A stretch of DNA of 64,000 nt from Azolla caroliniana (taxonomy: Eukaryota > Plantae > Polypodiophyta): positions 16,616,001-16,680,000 of the forward strand of contig JBHGNT010000014.1 of assembly GCA_043228905.1 (NCBI GenBank), written 5' to 3'. The translations under genes were made by a program, and so were the position numbers. Each line of letters starts with the position of its first letter. Positions within the stretch are counted from its first letter, which is position 1. The notes under the pieces were generated by a model. The model saw only the letters and a program-made list of their open reading frames with translations, searched no databases and had not been told where the DNA came from. Shown here piece after piece: positions 12,031 to 24,905 of this stretch.

Positions 12031-13957
12031 TGTCGTGAAAATCCATCACTATGTGCGGATCATGAGACGGAACCGCCGGGGTTCTGGACTAGAAAGATTT
12101 AGAGCAACATGAACAACACAAGCAAGTTTTAAGCATGAGACAAGAGGGAGAGACAAATCATTCGTTTATTGCAAAAGAAAATCAATTCTTTATAATTTCA
12201 GAATTGTGTTACAATGGGTTGGGTATGGAAATGAGAGATTAGTTTTCAAATAAAGGAGCCAACAACCATGCAAGGAGTGGTCCGATATAAATCCTAGAGA
12301 TAATCTTTTACAAGAAAGCTCAAGTCCACAAAGCTAAGAGTTTGATATCAATATGTGAGATAATTTTCTTCTCGAATTCGAGAGGGAAGAAGAAAGAAGG
12401 GGAAAAAGAAAAAGAAAAAAAAACTAGGAGGGAAAAAAATGGGACATATCTCGAGCTCCTTGTTGATCCTCCTCCCCAATGTTACATTGCATGCCCACTT
12501 TTAGTCGGATGGCCTCTATTTTTAGTTGCATGGCCTCTGTTTTTAGTCACATGCTTCCATTTTTAGATGCATGCCTTTTTACTTTTAGTTGCATGGCCTT
12601 GGCTTTTGGTTGCGTGCGCACACACGCGTCCGCGCCACACATACGCGTCCGTCCGAAATGTCCACGCGTACGTCCACGCATGTGCGCGTGCACACACACA
12701 CGTCTGCATGCTCGTCCGCACATACGCGTCCGTCCGAAACGTCCACGCGCGTACTTCCGAAAACGTCCACGTGGCCATTGAGACGCGCGTACGCCCGAAG
12801 CATGCACACCACATAGTGTAGCCCAAGTCACCTTGAACATCCTATGCTCCACACATCGATAGAATGAATATGTTTTGGTTTCCCTTATATATTCTGGGTT
12901 CCAATGTTGTCCTATCTATGTGAGATATCTCACAATTTTGTCTTTTCTTTTCTTTTCTTCAAACTTCACACTCACATAACTTGATACTTGTTTATCCGTT
13001 TTATCAAGGTTGTTAGGTACTTTAGGTACGATACGGATACCATACGTATTTAACGTATTAATACCCGTATAGTACCTCCCAATTTAAAAATACGTTAAAT
13101 ACGTTTTCTTAATATGTTAAATACTTATAAAATACGTAAAATACGTATAGTACGTTAAATACTTCTAGAATTTGAAAATTATTTACCTTTCTAAAAAATA
13201 TCTATAATATTGTAAAAAACATCTATGTTTACACAATTTTGTGATGTACAATAATAGTTCTACATCCTAAAATGCATATAAGACATTTGAACATTTCACA
13301 TCCTAAAATACCTGTAGTAATATGGATGTCGACATTCCCTTATTCTATAAATCAGTGTAAGTGTGTATCATCACGATGTTCTACTTCAAATTGTAATTAT
13401 TTACAATTATGCCTTCATAGATTGAGGAATCATTTACAATTATCACACTCATGATAGGTTTCTCTTTTCTTCGTTTTCTTCTTCTTCTTCTTCTATCTTC
13501 TACGATTATCACACTCATGACAAGTTCATGTCTTCTTTTCTCTCTTCTTCTTCATCTTCTTCATCGTTGTCTCTTATATTCTTCTTCCTTCCTTCCTCTG
13601 GCTTCTTTTTCACTAAAATATTTTTTTTCTTTTGCTTTTGGTTAGGGTTTTACTTACATTTTCTTTATAAATACGTATTATACTTGTTTTTTTATAAATA
13701 CGTAAAATACCGTATTGGACAAATGTACATGATATTTGATTGAATAACATTGAGGTATAGTACGTACTATACCAATGATGAGGTACTATACGTATTTAAA
13801 CGTTAAATACGGGTACGTAAACAACCATGCGTTTTATGCGTAGTAAAATACGCTATGAAGCTCTTTAACACATCTATCTTTCCATATCCATATATTAAGC
13901 TAATCGTAAATAGTTATTTTACTAGTTTTCATATCGTGTGTGAAAACCCACCCTACA
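12031..13957 (-). repeat. C 3' LTR (contains the hAT MITE)
   Basis: Direct repeat of 35879-37198 apart from the MITE and a shorter purine-pyrimidine tract. Confidence 0.92.
13005..13829. mobile_element. Non-autonomous hAT-type DNA transposon (MITE, 825 bp)
   Basis: 8-bp TSD CGTTTTAT (12997-13004 / 13830-13837); TIRs CAAGGTTGTT / AACAACCATG; subterminal (AAA)TACGT repeats; empty site visible in the sister LTR near 37071. Confidence 0.9.
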
Positions 13958-15913
13958 TTCACCCCCACCAAACCTGCACATCCACCGGTATATGCCAATT
14001 GTGGTGAGGTTCCTCTTTCTTAATTACTCTTCTTCAACCTTGATGTTCGAGGATACATCATCTAGATCTTCGATCTCAAGATTTGGGGCTTCTCTTCTCT
14101 TAAAGATCTTGATCCTCTTCCCTGCTATCGGCAAAGCAAGTCGAGTTCCATCCAACTCCGCTAAAAAATAGGTTGCATTGCTTTCTACTTTCTTGACCAT
14201 ATACGGGCCAAACCATCGTTTTGCGAACTTTCGAGCAGTGCTATATTGATTATCGAGACTACTATCATAGACAAGAACCCAATCTCCTTCTTCAATTTTT
14301 CTTTGTCGAAGACGATGCTTTCTATCAAAATTCTCCTTGTTCTTCAATCGAGCTTGGCGCAACCGTTCTATTGCCAACTCGACATCTTCGGGCCTTCGTT
14401 CTAATTGTTGAATCCTCGTGGCTAGCAAGTCTTCCCTGCTCATTTCCTCTTCCCATGGCAAAGACGTCCACGAAGCAACACTTTGCTCAATAGGCATTAT
14501 TGGTTTTTGTCCTAATATGAGTTCGGCGGGCACATATCCCGTAGTCGTGCTATGTGTAGTTCTATCTGCCCACAATGCATAAGGTAGTAATCGTGGCCAA
14601 TTTCCCATCTTGTCGTCGCAAGCCTTTGCTAGAGCTTTTACAATTGGACTATGTCCTCGTTCCACCTTCCCATTTGCGTCCGGGTTGTATGCCATGGTGA
14701 GCGATAATTTGATGCCTATTCTTGAAAAGAACTCTTTAGCTTCATTCGCATCTAATTCTCCTCTATCGGCCACTATTTTGCCGACACATCCGTATCGACT
14801 AATAACATCTTCAAGGAGAAACCTACAAACCGCCGAAGTTGTTTTATTCCTTAGCGCCCGTCCTTCTACTTGGTTGGTGAGATCCTCTCTTGCTAGCACG
14901 AGATATTTCAATTGCCCCAATCCCATTGGCATAACCACTATGTCTACCAACTACTTATAGTGCATTGATAATGGATATGTCGGATGAAGTTCATCCCTAT
15001 GTTGAATATTCGAGTATAATTGGCATTGCTCACATGTTTCAACATAGCTTGCTACATCTTTGTAAACACCCGGCCACCAATACTTCTCCTTGAGCTTTGC
15101 AAATGTTGCCCATATTCCACGATGACCTGCCCACACACTATCATGAAATTCAACAATTAGTGTTTGTTGATCCTGTTTCTTGCACACCACTCGAAGTGGA
15201 GTTCCATTCTTTTTCTTCGGAAACTTCCATAGATGTCCTTCTTTGAGGAAGAACTTGTAGGTCTTCTTCCTAATTCGGTAGAAGTCTTCCTTTGACCACG
15301 ATTCATCTTTTGTAAGAGAGCTTAAGTATTTGCCAATTTCAATGAATTCACCCTCATAATCTTCTACTTTGAACACTGCTAGCACCCGAGCACAAGAAAC
15401 CATAAAGAAGTTTAGGCCAACATCCTCTTCGTCAGAGTGCAAATCTTCTTCACCCTCATACCTCGCCCTTGACAACATATCGGCCACCACATTATGCTTT
15501 CCATTTATATGCCGAATCTCGGGGTTGAGGGACTTGATATAGGCAATCCATCGCAGCATAGCAATATCCGGTGTAGCACAACCGGATATCATTCCGAGAA
15601 TAGGTAGACAATCGGTTTCGATTATGACCTCTGTTCCTATAAGGTAGTCACGGTCGGTTTTAACCGCGGATACTATTCCCCATAGCTCTCTCTTTACTTG
15701 AGCATACTTCCTTTGTCTTTCGGTTAACACCTTCGCACCAAATCAGATTGCATACCGATTCTTTTCTTTGTCTTCTTGGTTTATCACCCATCCAATTCCG
15801 GTTGGGCTCGTATCCACCGTCACATATATCGGGGTACCATCGGTGTAGTCGGCTTTGCGCAGTGCTGGAGCTTCCAATAATAGTTTCTTTAGCTTTCGAA
15901 TCGTGTAGGTATG

Positions 15914-18900
15914 TGTGAAAGTGTTTTTAGAATCTAAGCCATTGAACATTAGGAGAATATAAAGTATAGATAATTCACCTTTTGAGGATAAGAACACGAA
16001 CTAAGACCTTAGGGAAGAAGTCAAAAGTAAAAGTACGAGACCAAGAGAAAAGTAAAAAGAGAAAACGCAGACTATAAAAAACAGTAAAAATAGAATGGTC
16101 ATAACTCCCTCGTTGTTTATCCAAATATCACGTTTAAATATGGATTAGAAAGCTTGTAAAAAGAGCTTTCCATAGCTTTTTAAATCGCTTAATTTGGATT
16201 TCGGATGAGGGAGATATGACGATTAGAAGGTTGATGTGTCATAGCTAAAAATAGGGAGATAAAAAGCTTCTAAAAATAGCATGAACGTGGATAAGAAGAG
16301 GAAGGTTATAAAAGAAGAAGTAATATGAGTGAGAAGGGGGCGAAGAGTGGGGGAAGAGTGAAGGCCAAAGAGTGGATGAGGAGTGTTAGGAAGAAGTGTC
16401 TTTGTGGAAGAGGAAGTGTCTTAGAAGAGGAAGGTCTTTGGTTTTAGTTCAATGTGGAGTTTGTCTCCTTTGTATTCTCTTGATGTTGGAATATCAGAAT
16501 ATTCTTATTTCTTGCTCGTTTTCTCTATCTTTTTTCTTAGTTTCTCGAGTTATACTCTCTAATCATAATTACCTAGAGCTATATAATATATTATGATTTT
16601 CAACTCCATCTAATCGGTTTGATCAAGCCCTCATATAGTGTATAACTATATATTATCTTATACACCCTATCATTTTTGGCGCTCCAGGGAGGGTCGATCC
16701 TTTCCGTATAGGAAGAGAAGTTATCATTTAATTGTGTTACTATATTACATTAACTTAGCTATGCAATTTGCATTTTCGGGTGAAAGAACACAAGATGCTG
16801 GTGCCTTTTTGGCATGCTTTGAGCATCATGCCATATCTATTGGACGCATCACCGACAATGAAAAGTTGCCCTTGTTGGTAGCTACATTCTATGGTCGTGC
16901 TCGAGATTGGTATGACTCTCTTCCGCAAAATGAACAAGGAGAATATCAATTATTGGTGCATCAATTTCGTACAAGATATATTCAATGGAAAAGTGCAACT
17001 GAGGTAAGGGAGGAGCTTTTTCAACTAAAGATGGAATCACCTTTTGGTTTTTTAGAGTATGAACGAAATTTCCAAGAATTGTGGACGACGTGGATTCGTC
17101 TTCGTGGTGGCACCGAAGACGAGTGGTTTAAGATAGAACAATTTAAGGTGGGCCTTGATATGCATTTCCGTTTGGAGGCAAGCTTGAAGGATCCAACGAC
17201 TTTTCAAGCTCTTCTCCAAGTTTGTCAAGATTATGATCGACAAGTGAAGATGATGAGTTCCATGGGGGATCCCCAAATGACGGCTTTGGGTGCAAATTTG
17301 ATGCCTCGTGCCAACTTTCAAGCCTTATCTTCAATTGTGCATGGTGGACAAGTGTTTCCAAATGTGTATACCACCACAACAATAAACCCAACAAGTATAT
17401 CTCAAGAAGTGGAACAAGTGAAGAGTGAACAAGATACAATGGCGTTGGTGAATCGGCGCTTTGATGAAGTGATGGCCCACTTGCAACAATCCCAAGCAAT
17501 TCGCAACACTATTCCCGATGGTGGTGGCTCTAGAGGGCATCAAGGTGTAATTTGTTATTCTTGTCAAGAGGAGGGACACTCAACAAGATGTCCTCATCGA
17601 CAACAAAGAGGTATGGAAAGAGACATGTATGAAGTGCAACGGAATGGACAACGACTTATCAACAATGGAGTCGAAGGAGGCGAATCCATAACACTTCCAA
17701 TGACTCAGGTTCCTACAATTCCTCATAATGTGAATCTTCTTAATTTTATTGATGATAGTGATAGTGCTTGTGAAGTAGCTCTTGTGAAAAGGACAAGAGC
17801 CTCGCAAAAGGAGAAAGAAGTTGAAGGAGAATCTAGTGACTCAAGACAAAAGAAGAAGTCTAAGGAGAATGAGAAAGAGGACAAATTGAGAAGGAGACAC
17901 TCTAGAAGGAAGATAAAGATGGAGGATATTCCTATGGGAGAAGGTGTAGAATCTTTCAATCGGAAGCATGAATTGATATCGAGTGGACCAAGGATAACAT
18001 GGCCGCAACTTCTCCAATTATCATCCACATTACAAAATGAGTGGGGGAGGCTTGTGAGTATTTGCCAAAGTCAAAAGACCGTGCATTACGTGGGGATCAT
18101 GCGAGTAGAAGATCGAAAGGACATACGTCCAATCATCCCTGTCTCCATCAAAGGGGTTCACATCAAAGATGCCTTGGGTGATAGTGGTGCTAGGGTAAGC
18201 TTGATTTCTGAATTTGTAGTAAACAAAGTAGGAATTCCTATTAGTAGGTCATCTTCAACAAGGGTGGTTGTAGTAGATAGTGGAGTGGTGCATTGCACAA
18301 GCATAGTGGAGGATGTGTTCATCAAGTGTTTTGGAATAAGAGGAGAAGCTTGCAACAAATACCACATCAACTTGAAGGAAAGTGTATCAATTTCCCCAAA
18401 GCTTCGGCAATTGAGTGTTGAACAAAAGGAAGAATTTATGCAAGAGTTCAACGCATGGTTACAAGAAAGTTCCAATTATAAGATGGAAGATTTGAGGTGT
18501 GTGTCACCTATAGTTTTGGTTCCAAAGAAGAATGAGATCAATTTCAAAGCCTTGAATGATTCGACCAAACGAGATGAATTTTCACTTCCTTCTCGAGATG
18601 AGATTGTCGATAAAATGGTTGTTTATACAAAACAAGGTAGTGTGGACAATATGTTGTGCCAAAAAGGATTTCATGTGGATGATTCAAAGATTAACATAAT
18701 TACAAAGATGACAATTCCGACAAGTCTTGAAGCTTTGAAAGTATTTGTGCAAAAGGTGCGCTCGCTCGAAAGATTCATTTATATGTTGACATGCTTACTG
18801 CTATCAAGAGTGATGTATCCCATGGCCCTACTAGTCTTTGGAGCGTTAACGAAGACATAATGATTGTGGTAACCTCTTTCTTTGTGTTGACAAGGAGAAA

Positions 18901-19879
18901 GATGATGATGGAATTGTCAATGTGTGTGTGGGTGTGTCTAGGAGTGTGAGGTTTTTCCTACCGACTAGCGGGGGTTTTACTCACATAGTTTGTTTCTTTT
19001 TATTATATCTCTCTCATTGTCTATAGCCAAGAGATTGGCGAGAGAGCTTTTGTTTGTTAAGTACTGCCAATAAGTGCTTCGCCATAAATGGCTTAGCCTC
19101 TAACAAGGGGGAGGGCTAAATGTGAAAGTGTTTTTAGAATCTAAGCCATTGAACATTAGGAGAATATAAAGTATAGATAATTCACCTTTTGAGGATAAGA
19201 ACACGAACTAAGACCTTAGGGAAGAAGTCAAAAGTAAAAGTACGAGACCAAGAGAAAAGTAAAAAGAGAAAACGCAGACTATAAAAAACAGTAAAAATAG
19301 AATGGTCATAACTCCCTCGTTGTTTATCCAAATATCACGTTTAAATATGGATTAGAAAGCTTGTAAAAAGAGCTTTCTATAGCTTTTTAAATCGCTTAAT
19401 TTGGATTTCGGATGAGGGAGATATGACGATTAGAAGGTTGATGTGTCATAGCTAAAAATAGGGAGATAAAAAGCTTCTAAAAATAGCATGAACGTGGATA
19501 AGAAGAGGAAGGTTATAAAAGAAGAAGTAATATGAGTGAGAAGGGGGCGAAGAGTGGGGGAAGAGTGAAGGCCAAAGAGTGGATGAGGAGTGTTAGGAAG
19601 AAGTGTCTTTGTGGAAGAGGAAGTGTCTTAGAAGAGGAAGGTCTTTGGTTTTAGTTCAATGTGGAGTTTGTCTCCTTTGTATTCTCTTGATGTTGGAATA
19701 TCAGAACATTCTTATTTCTTGCTCGCTTTCTCTATCTTTTTTCTTAGTTTCTTGAGTTATACTCTCTAATCATAATTACCTAGAGCTATATAATATATTA
19801 TGATTTTCAACTCCATCTAGTCGGTTTGGTCAAGCCCTCATATAGTGTATAACTATCTATTATCTTATACACCCTATCA
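15914..19879 (+). mobile_element. Non-autonomous LTR element D (gag-PR plus RT remnant; no RH or INT)
   Basis: 759-bp near-identical LTRs 15914-16672 and 19121-19879; TSD GTATG; PBS TGGCGCTCCAGGGAGG at 16677 (probably tRNA-Asn); PPT 19105-19115. Confidence 0.95.
16761..18860 (+). CDS. gag: D Gag-protease-like protein with in-frame deleted RT remnant
   Basis: Intact ORF; capsid-like AFSGE..RARDWY, Zn knuckle CYSCQEEGHSTRC, DALGDSGARVSLI, SPIVLVPKKN, NFKALNDSTKRDEFSLP; no YxDD. Confidence 0.8.
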   Translation: MQFAFSGERTQDAGAFLACFEHHAISIGRITDNEKLPLLVATFYGRARDWYDSLPQNEQGEYQLLVHQFRTRYIQWKSATEVREELFQLKMESPFGFLEYERNFQELWTTWIRLRGGTEDEWFKIEQFKVGLDMHFRLEASLKDPTTFQALLQVCQDYDRQVKMMSSMGDPQMTALGANLMPRANFQALSSIVHGGQVFPNVYTTTTINPTSISQEVEQVKSEQDTMALVNRRFDEVMAHLQQSQAIRNTIPDGGGSRGHQGVICYSCQEEGHSTRCPHRQQRGMERDMYEVQRNGQRLINNGVEGGESITLPMTQVPTIPHNVNLLNFIDDSDSACEVALVKRTRASQKEKEVEGESSDSRQKKKSKENEKEDKLRRRHSRRKIKMEDIPMGEGVESFNRKHELISSGPRITWPQLLQLSSTLQNEWGRLVSICQSQKTVHYVGIMRVEDRKDIRPIIPVSIKGVHIKDALGDSGARVSLISEFVVNKVGIPISRSSSTRVVVVDSGVVHCTSIVEDVFIKCFGIRGEACNKYHINLKESVSISPKLRQLSVEQKEEFMQEFNAWLQESSNYKMEDLRCVSPIVLVPKKNEINFKALNDSTKRDEFSLPSRDEIVDKMVVYTKQGSVDNMLCQKGFHVDDSKINIITKMTIPTSLEALKVFVQKVRSLERFIYMLTCLLLSRVMYPMALLVFGALTKT

Positions 19880-22800
19880 GTATGCTCATCTTCCCATTCG
19901 AACTTCTTCCTTCTCTTTAATAGTCCATACAATGGTTCAGCGACATGGGCATAATGTGGAATCCATATGTGGTAGAATGCACATGCTCCCAAGAATCTAC
20001 GCACCTCCGTTTGAGACACACATTCTTCTTTCATCTCTTGAATAGTGTTCACCTTGGATGGAGATGGTTTCCGGCCATAAGACCCACATAAGTGTCCTAC
20101 TACCAATATTTCTGGTTGACCGAATGTAGACTTCTCTCCCGAAAGCGTGAGATTCGCATCCTCAAGCTTTTGCAACACCTTCTCGCTATCCTTTATATGA
20201 TCGATGACGAATCTTCGACAACCATCTTCATCTTTCGATTCATCTTTCTCTTCCATCAAGCATCCTTTGATTGGAATGTCATCTAAGAAGGGCATTGTGA
20301 TATCGGGGATGCAATCCCTAAACACTTTATTCATGGCATTCACCATGTGGGCTACAGAATTTGTTGCACCTTGGGGTAAGGTGCACATCCTTACCAACCC
20401 GATCGGCGTCCTCATTGTCGTTATGTCTCTACTATCGACGGCCAATTGAAATTGATCATAGCCTGAGTAGAGATCTCCAATGGAATAGATTGATCTTCCC
20501 ACGAAGGCTTCGGCAAATTAATCCACGCTTGGACCAATTCCGGCATTTCGGATCGTCACCTTGTTGACGGGTTGGAGATCTTGTATAAAGCGTAAGGACC
20601 CGTTCTTCTTCGGCACCGTAAACCATCTATTAGAGTAGGGAGCATTGGATGGCTCAAGAATTCCCATCCTAACCTTTTCCTTTAGAAGCTCAATCAACTT
20701 TGGAATGTGAGCTCTTGGAACCGGTATCGGCTTGAGGTTCCAAGGTACATGTGGCACCGTAAAAATCACCATCGATTCTATCATCTTCGGGTCGGCACAT
20801 CCGATCTCTTGTGGAGAGAAGGCAAAGGCTTTCCCATGTCTCTCAAGCATTCCGCGGAACATTCTCTCCTCTTCGGGGAGGAGGAAATCTTCCCTTCCAA
20901 CTTGTAGCTTTCCTTTCGTCTTTTTGGTGAAGACATGACCTATTGCCTTTGGATCCCTTAAGCTCGGATCATTGGCAACTTCTTTCATCTTCTGCCAGCT
21001 ATCTTCCGGTAGCGGAACAACAACTGGCTTGATCTTCTTATCCACCGTTTTATATTTTGTGTTGACTTCAGCTTCCTCCATCAAGATGCCTCGATGATAT
21101 TCATCGATGATAGCGTACATGTTGACGAAGTTAACCGAAATCACATTTTGATCGTGAGGGTAGCTCAAGTCCTCGACTTCCTCAATTTCACCAATGGTGT
21201 CGTTAAATGAGGCTTCCTCTAGAATATGAGACACGAATTCTTCTTCTTCGATTATGCTTTCTTCTTTCAGCATCTTCTCGAAGTCTTGTATCTTACGCTT
21301 GTCCTTCTTGTTGAGCACTGTTAGTTTACATGCGCCACTAGGTGTCACACATGTTGCTTCTCCTTGCGATCCACTTATTTCGCTTCCTTGTGGGGACTTA
21401 TGATTGCTCGGACTATTTGTGCCCCACACTTCAATAGTCCGCTCTAAGAATCCGAGGATTCGCCTCCGAGGCTATCTCGGTTCCTTTCGTGATTAGCCCG
21501 CACCGTAAGGAATTGAACAGATCTTTGATTGTCAAGGCTCTTGACTCGCGCGAAGGCCGCTCCGTTATCGAACACCTTAGTCTCCATCCGAGACGATGTG
21601 ATATATGGTTGTCCTAGGATGACGGGATGTGAAGCCGAGTCTTGCACGAAGAAGTGTTGATCCATCTCCACATCTCCGATCGTGACTTTAACATTGGGGA
21701 AAGCTCCATACAGGTCTTCTGTGGCCTTCGTTGCCGCTCGTATCTTCCATCCGTGGTTTGTGTTGATCGGCCATCTTCCTTTCTTGTAGAATTCGGTCGA
21801 CATGAGGTTGATCTCCGAACCATGGTCAATCAAGGCTACCACGGTCTCCTTCTTCTCTCCAATCTTCACCGGCGTCTCCGTTGTCGCTCTTGCCCAATGA
21901 GGCCGAGAGTAATGGCTGTCCGCCATCACTTCTTCTTCCTCCTCCTCTTCGGATCTTGCCATGGTTATGGCACTTGTTTTCATCTCTTCTTCATCCGATT
22001 GTTGCCGTTTTCGCTTAATCAAGTCCACGATAGTATCGTGGAGCTCCTTCTTAGCGATCCCAAGTAGCTCTCTCAAAGTAAGGTCGACATGACTGTCTAA
22101 AACCTTCTCCTCAAGGACCTTCCGCAAGTTGGTTGTTTGTTCTATGTCCGACCTTAGCTTGTAAGTCGGTGCCACTCGTTCCTTTCCTTTCTTCACAGAT
22201 TCATCGACTTCCATCCGAGAAGGTTGGCTCGATCCACCGGGCTTCATGCTTGTTTCTCCTATCTCTTTTCGTGGCATAGGTTGGGCTTGTCCTTCTTTCC
22301 CTGCATTCCTTGTATTATGACGCTTTGATGTGCCATCTTCTTCACTGGTTCTTTTCCTCTTCTCTTCGACAAGAGCCTCATAGTTGTCGCACACAAACTC
22401 CGCAAAGCTTGTGTTATCGTCGACTGGATCCGACCATCCGGTTACTCGTCGCACATTCCGATCAACATGTTTGAGATCCTCCAAATCTATTTTTCCTTTC
22501 TTTTCACACTCGAATACTGTTGGCCAAAACCCAACTCCCGGCTTGATCGTCTTTAGATTCTCTCTCCCGACTCGTATTCCCGCCGATGCGGCGTAGTGCA
22601 TGGCTTCCACATGTCTTGCATCTTCCTCTTCCACGATCTTTTTCAGCCCGCCTCTTCCGAAGTTCACTCGTAGCGGCTTTCGGGTCTCGCTCAAGTGAAT
22701 GATGTTGCCGTTGTCGGGTTGTTACGCGCGTGCGTGGAGAAAGGCGGGACCACGGGGGTCTTGGACTAGAGAGTGATGGAGCGTAGGAAGTCGTGCTTCA

Positions 22801-24739
22801 CTGTTCCTGGGGCATCCCAGAAACACACCGGAAGCAACCGAAGGGAGAGAGAGAGAGAGAGCATGCTTAACACCGACTCACACGCACACACACACGCACG
22901 CACACACAGCCCAACTCGACTCACGCCTTATGTACAGAAACGCAGGAGAGGGTAAGCACCCGACGCCAACAACGACGCGAATATACACAAACAAATATAT
23001 ATATATATATATATAAAAGGAAGAATACATTCCCGGCGTCGAGCCGGACTGAGATAGGTTACAGTAGTCGTCTGCTGTCAAGCCGCCGTCGGGGAGCTCT
23101 CAGCTCGTCGCGCCGAGCGGGGTCTTGCACAGGAGGCCGAACCAAAGCAAACCCTAAGCAAACACGCAGAAGGAGAAGAAGAAGAACCTAACTCTAAACC
23201 TAACGGTATACCCTCTAATGCAAAATGGGCAAGCCTTTTACAAAGGGCGTTGCCTTCCTTTTATAGAACAAGGAAAGGGATGTGTTACAACGTGGGACAA
23301 ATCCCGACTTACATGGGATCGTCTGCCCCGACTTGACTACTCTTCGGCGCCATAAAGGCGCCCTCGATATTCACACCAAATGTACATGGGTGCGTACACA
23401 CGCTGCACCCCGCCGATGTAAACAATGTTTCCCGGTTTCCACCTCTGGCTGAAATTCTTCACGACATCCGCCCCCACCTAACTGCACGTCCACCAGTACG
23501 TGCCAAGTCTAGTTGAAGGGTGAGAGATTTCGGCCGGTGAGAAACCGGTCTCCCGTGATCCGCATCTCGGCTCGCTGCCGGTTTGATCCGTCAGCTTCAA
23601 GTCTTCCTTCGCGCTCGCCTCCTTGTAGGCTCGTTCGACCTGTTAATGGGTCCTCTGCCGTGATCTCCGTAGTACACGTACTTCTGTTGGCCCTGGTTCG
23701 GACGTATGAACGCCCCGCTTCCCGCCGTATGCCCGATGTCCTCCGCTTGAGGCATGCCCGTAGCGGCCCGCTTGGCCTCCGTTGTCCAATCGTGATGTCC
23801 CGATGGTGTTTCACGTTGCCTTCGCCCTTCCGCCGTCACCTCCCTTCTCCATGGTCTTACATCGCCGCGTCGGCACGGACCACCATGGTCTCCGGAATAG
23901 CGTGGAAGATCTCTTTCCGGCCTGATCGTACATCGCCGCTCACTCGCATACCGATGTCCTTTGCATCCGAGGAACACCCCATGCCAGCCCGCTTGGTCCT
24001 TCCCGTCTTCGTACTGCTGCAGCAGGTCCTGAGTCTTCAGCTTGCCGTTGTCCCCTTGCCCCCACCAGCTTGTCATCCTGGCTTGCCGTGTCAGTCTTCG
24101 TTACTTCGACGGAGCTATCGAGATCTACGAAGTGAGTGTGGAGGATCCTCCTCGGCCCTCTCTTGCCATCCCCTGATTCCGACCCTGTGTAGTCCACTAG
24201 GCACTTGTCACCTCGTTCCCGACACCTCTCTTGTGTCGTCTTTCGCTTCCTTCGTTCGGCCCCGCCCGCGCCGAACACCGTCCCATAGTCACGCTTCGAT
24301 CCGGCCCGCGATGGCCATTTGCAAGACCCTTGTTCTGTTCCAGGTGTGCCTTTCCGGCCTGACACACCTCCCCATGTTTGCCCCTACTGGCTCCTTTCGA
24401 ATCCTCGTGTTGTCGGGTCCCGTTCCCTGCCGCCACCGTCCTTCTCCCTCGGTCTCACGTTGCCACGTTGGCCGAATTGCCGGAGTCTCCGGATCGGTGT
24501 GAGGGTCCCATAGGACCGGACTCCGTTTCTATGCTTGCCGAAATTCGGGTGTCTTTTGTTTGAGTCCCTCCCGGACTCTCCTCGTGTCTTCCGCCTAGTC
24601 GGGTTCCGTTTCCCGCCGCCACCAACCTTCTCTCCCAGTCTCATGTTGCCACGTTGGCCAAACTGCCGGAGTCTCTGGTTAAGTGTGGGGATCCCGTAGG
24701 ACCAGACTTCCTTACGCCCATTATCTTCGTCACCTCGCC

Positions 24740-24901
24740 GCCACCGTAGTATCTTGGTCTTACGTCGACCGCGTTGCCGACTGCCGAAGTCTCTAGAACC
24801 GGTGTGAAGGATCCTCCGTAGACCGCCCATCCGTAGCCCTTGCCTACGTCACCTCGCCGCCACCGTCACTATCTTGGTCTTACGTCGACCGCGTTGCCGA
24901 C
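24740..24901. repeat. 120-bp tandem repeat in G, left part (degenerate units extend to about 24330)
   Basis: CGCCGCCACC..ATCTTGGTCTTACGTCGACCGCGTTGCCGACTGCCGAAGTCTCTAGAACC units. Confidence 0.85.
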
Positions 24902-24905
24902 TAAA

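Larger units (their letters stand above)
14024..21453 (-). pseudogene. pol: C pol (RT-RH-INT), split by element D; several stops
   Basis: ORFs 20518-21429, 19807-20502, 14951-15730, 14024-14950; removing D restores EWEDEHTYTIRKL. Confidence 0.92.

Noticed and set aside
12479-12852. Overlapping Cys/His/Arg-rich ORFs (also 36500-37053)
   Set aside because: By-product of a stop-poor alternating purine-pyrimidine tract in the LTR.
23513-24502. 329-aa plus-strand ORF in G
   Set aside because: GC-rich antisense frame over degenerate repeats with no recognisable motifs.
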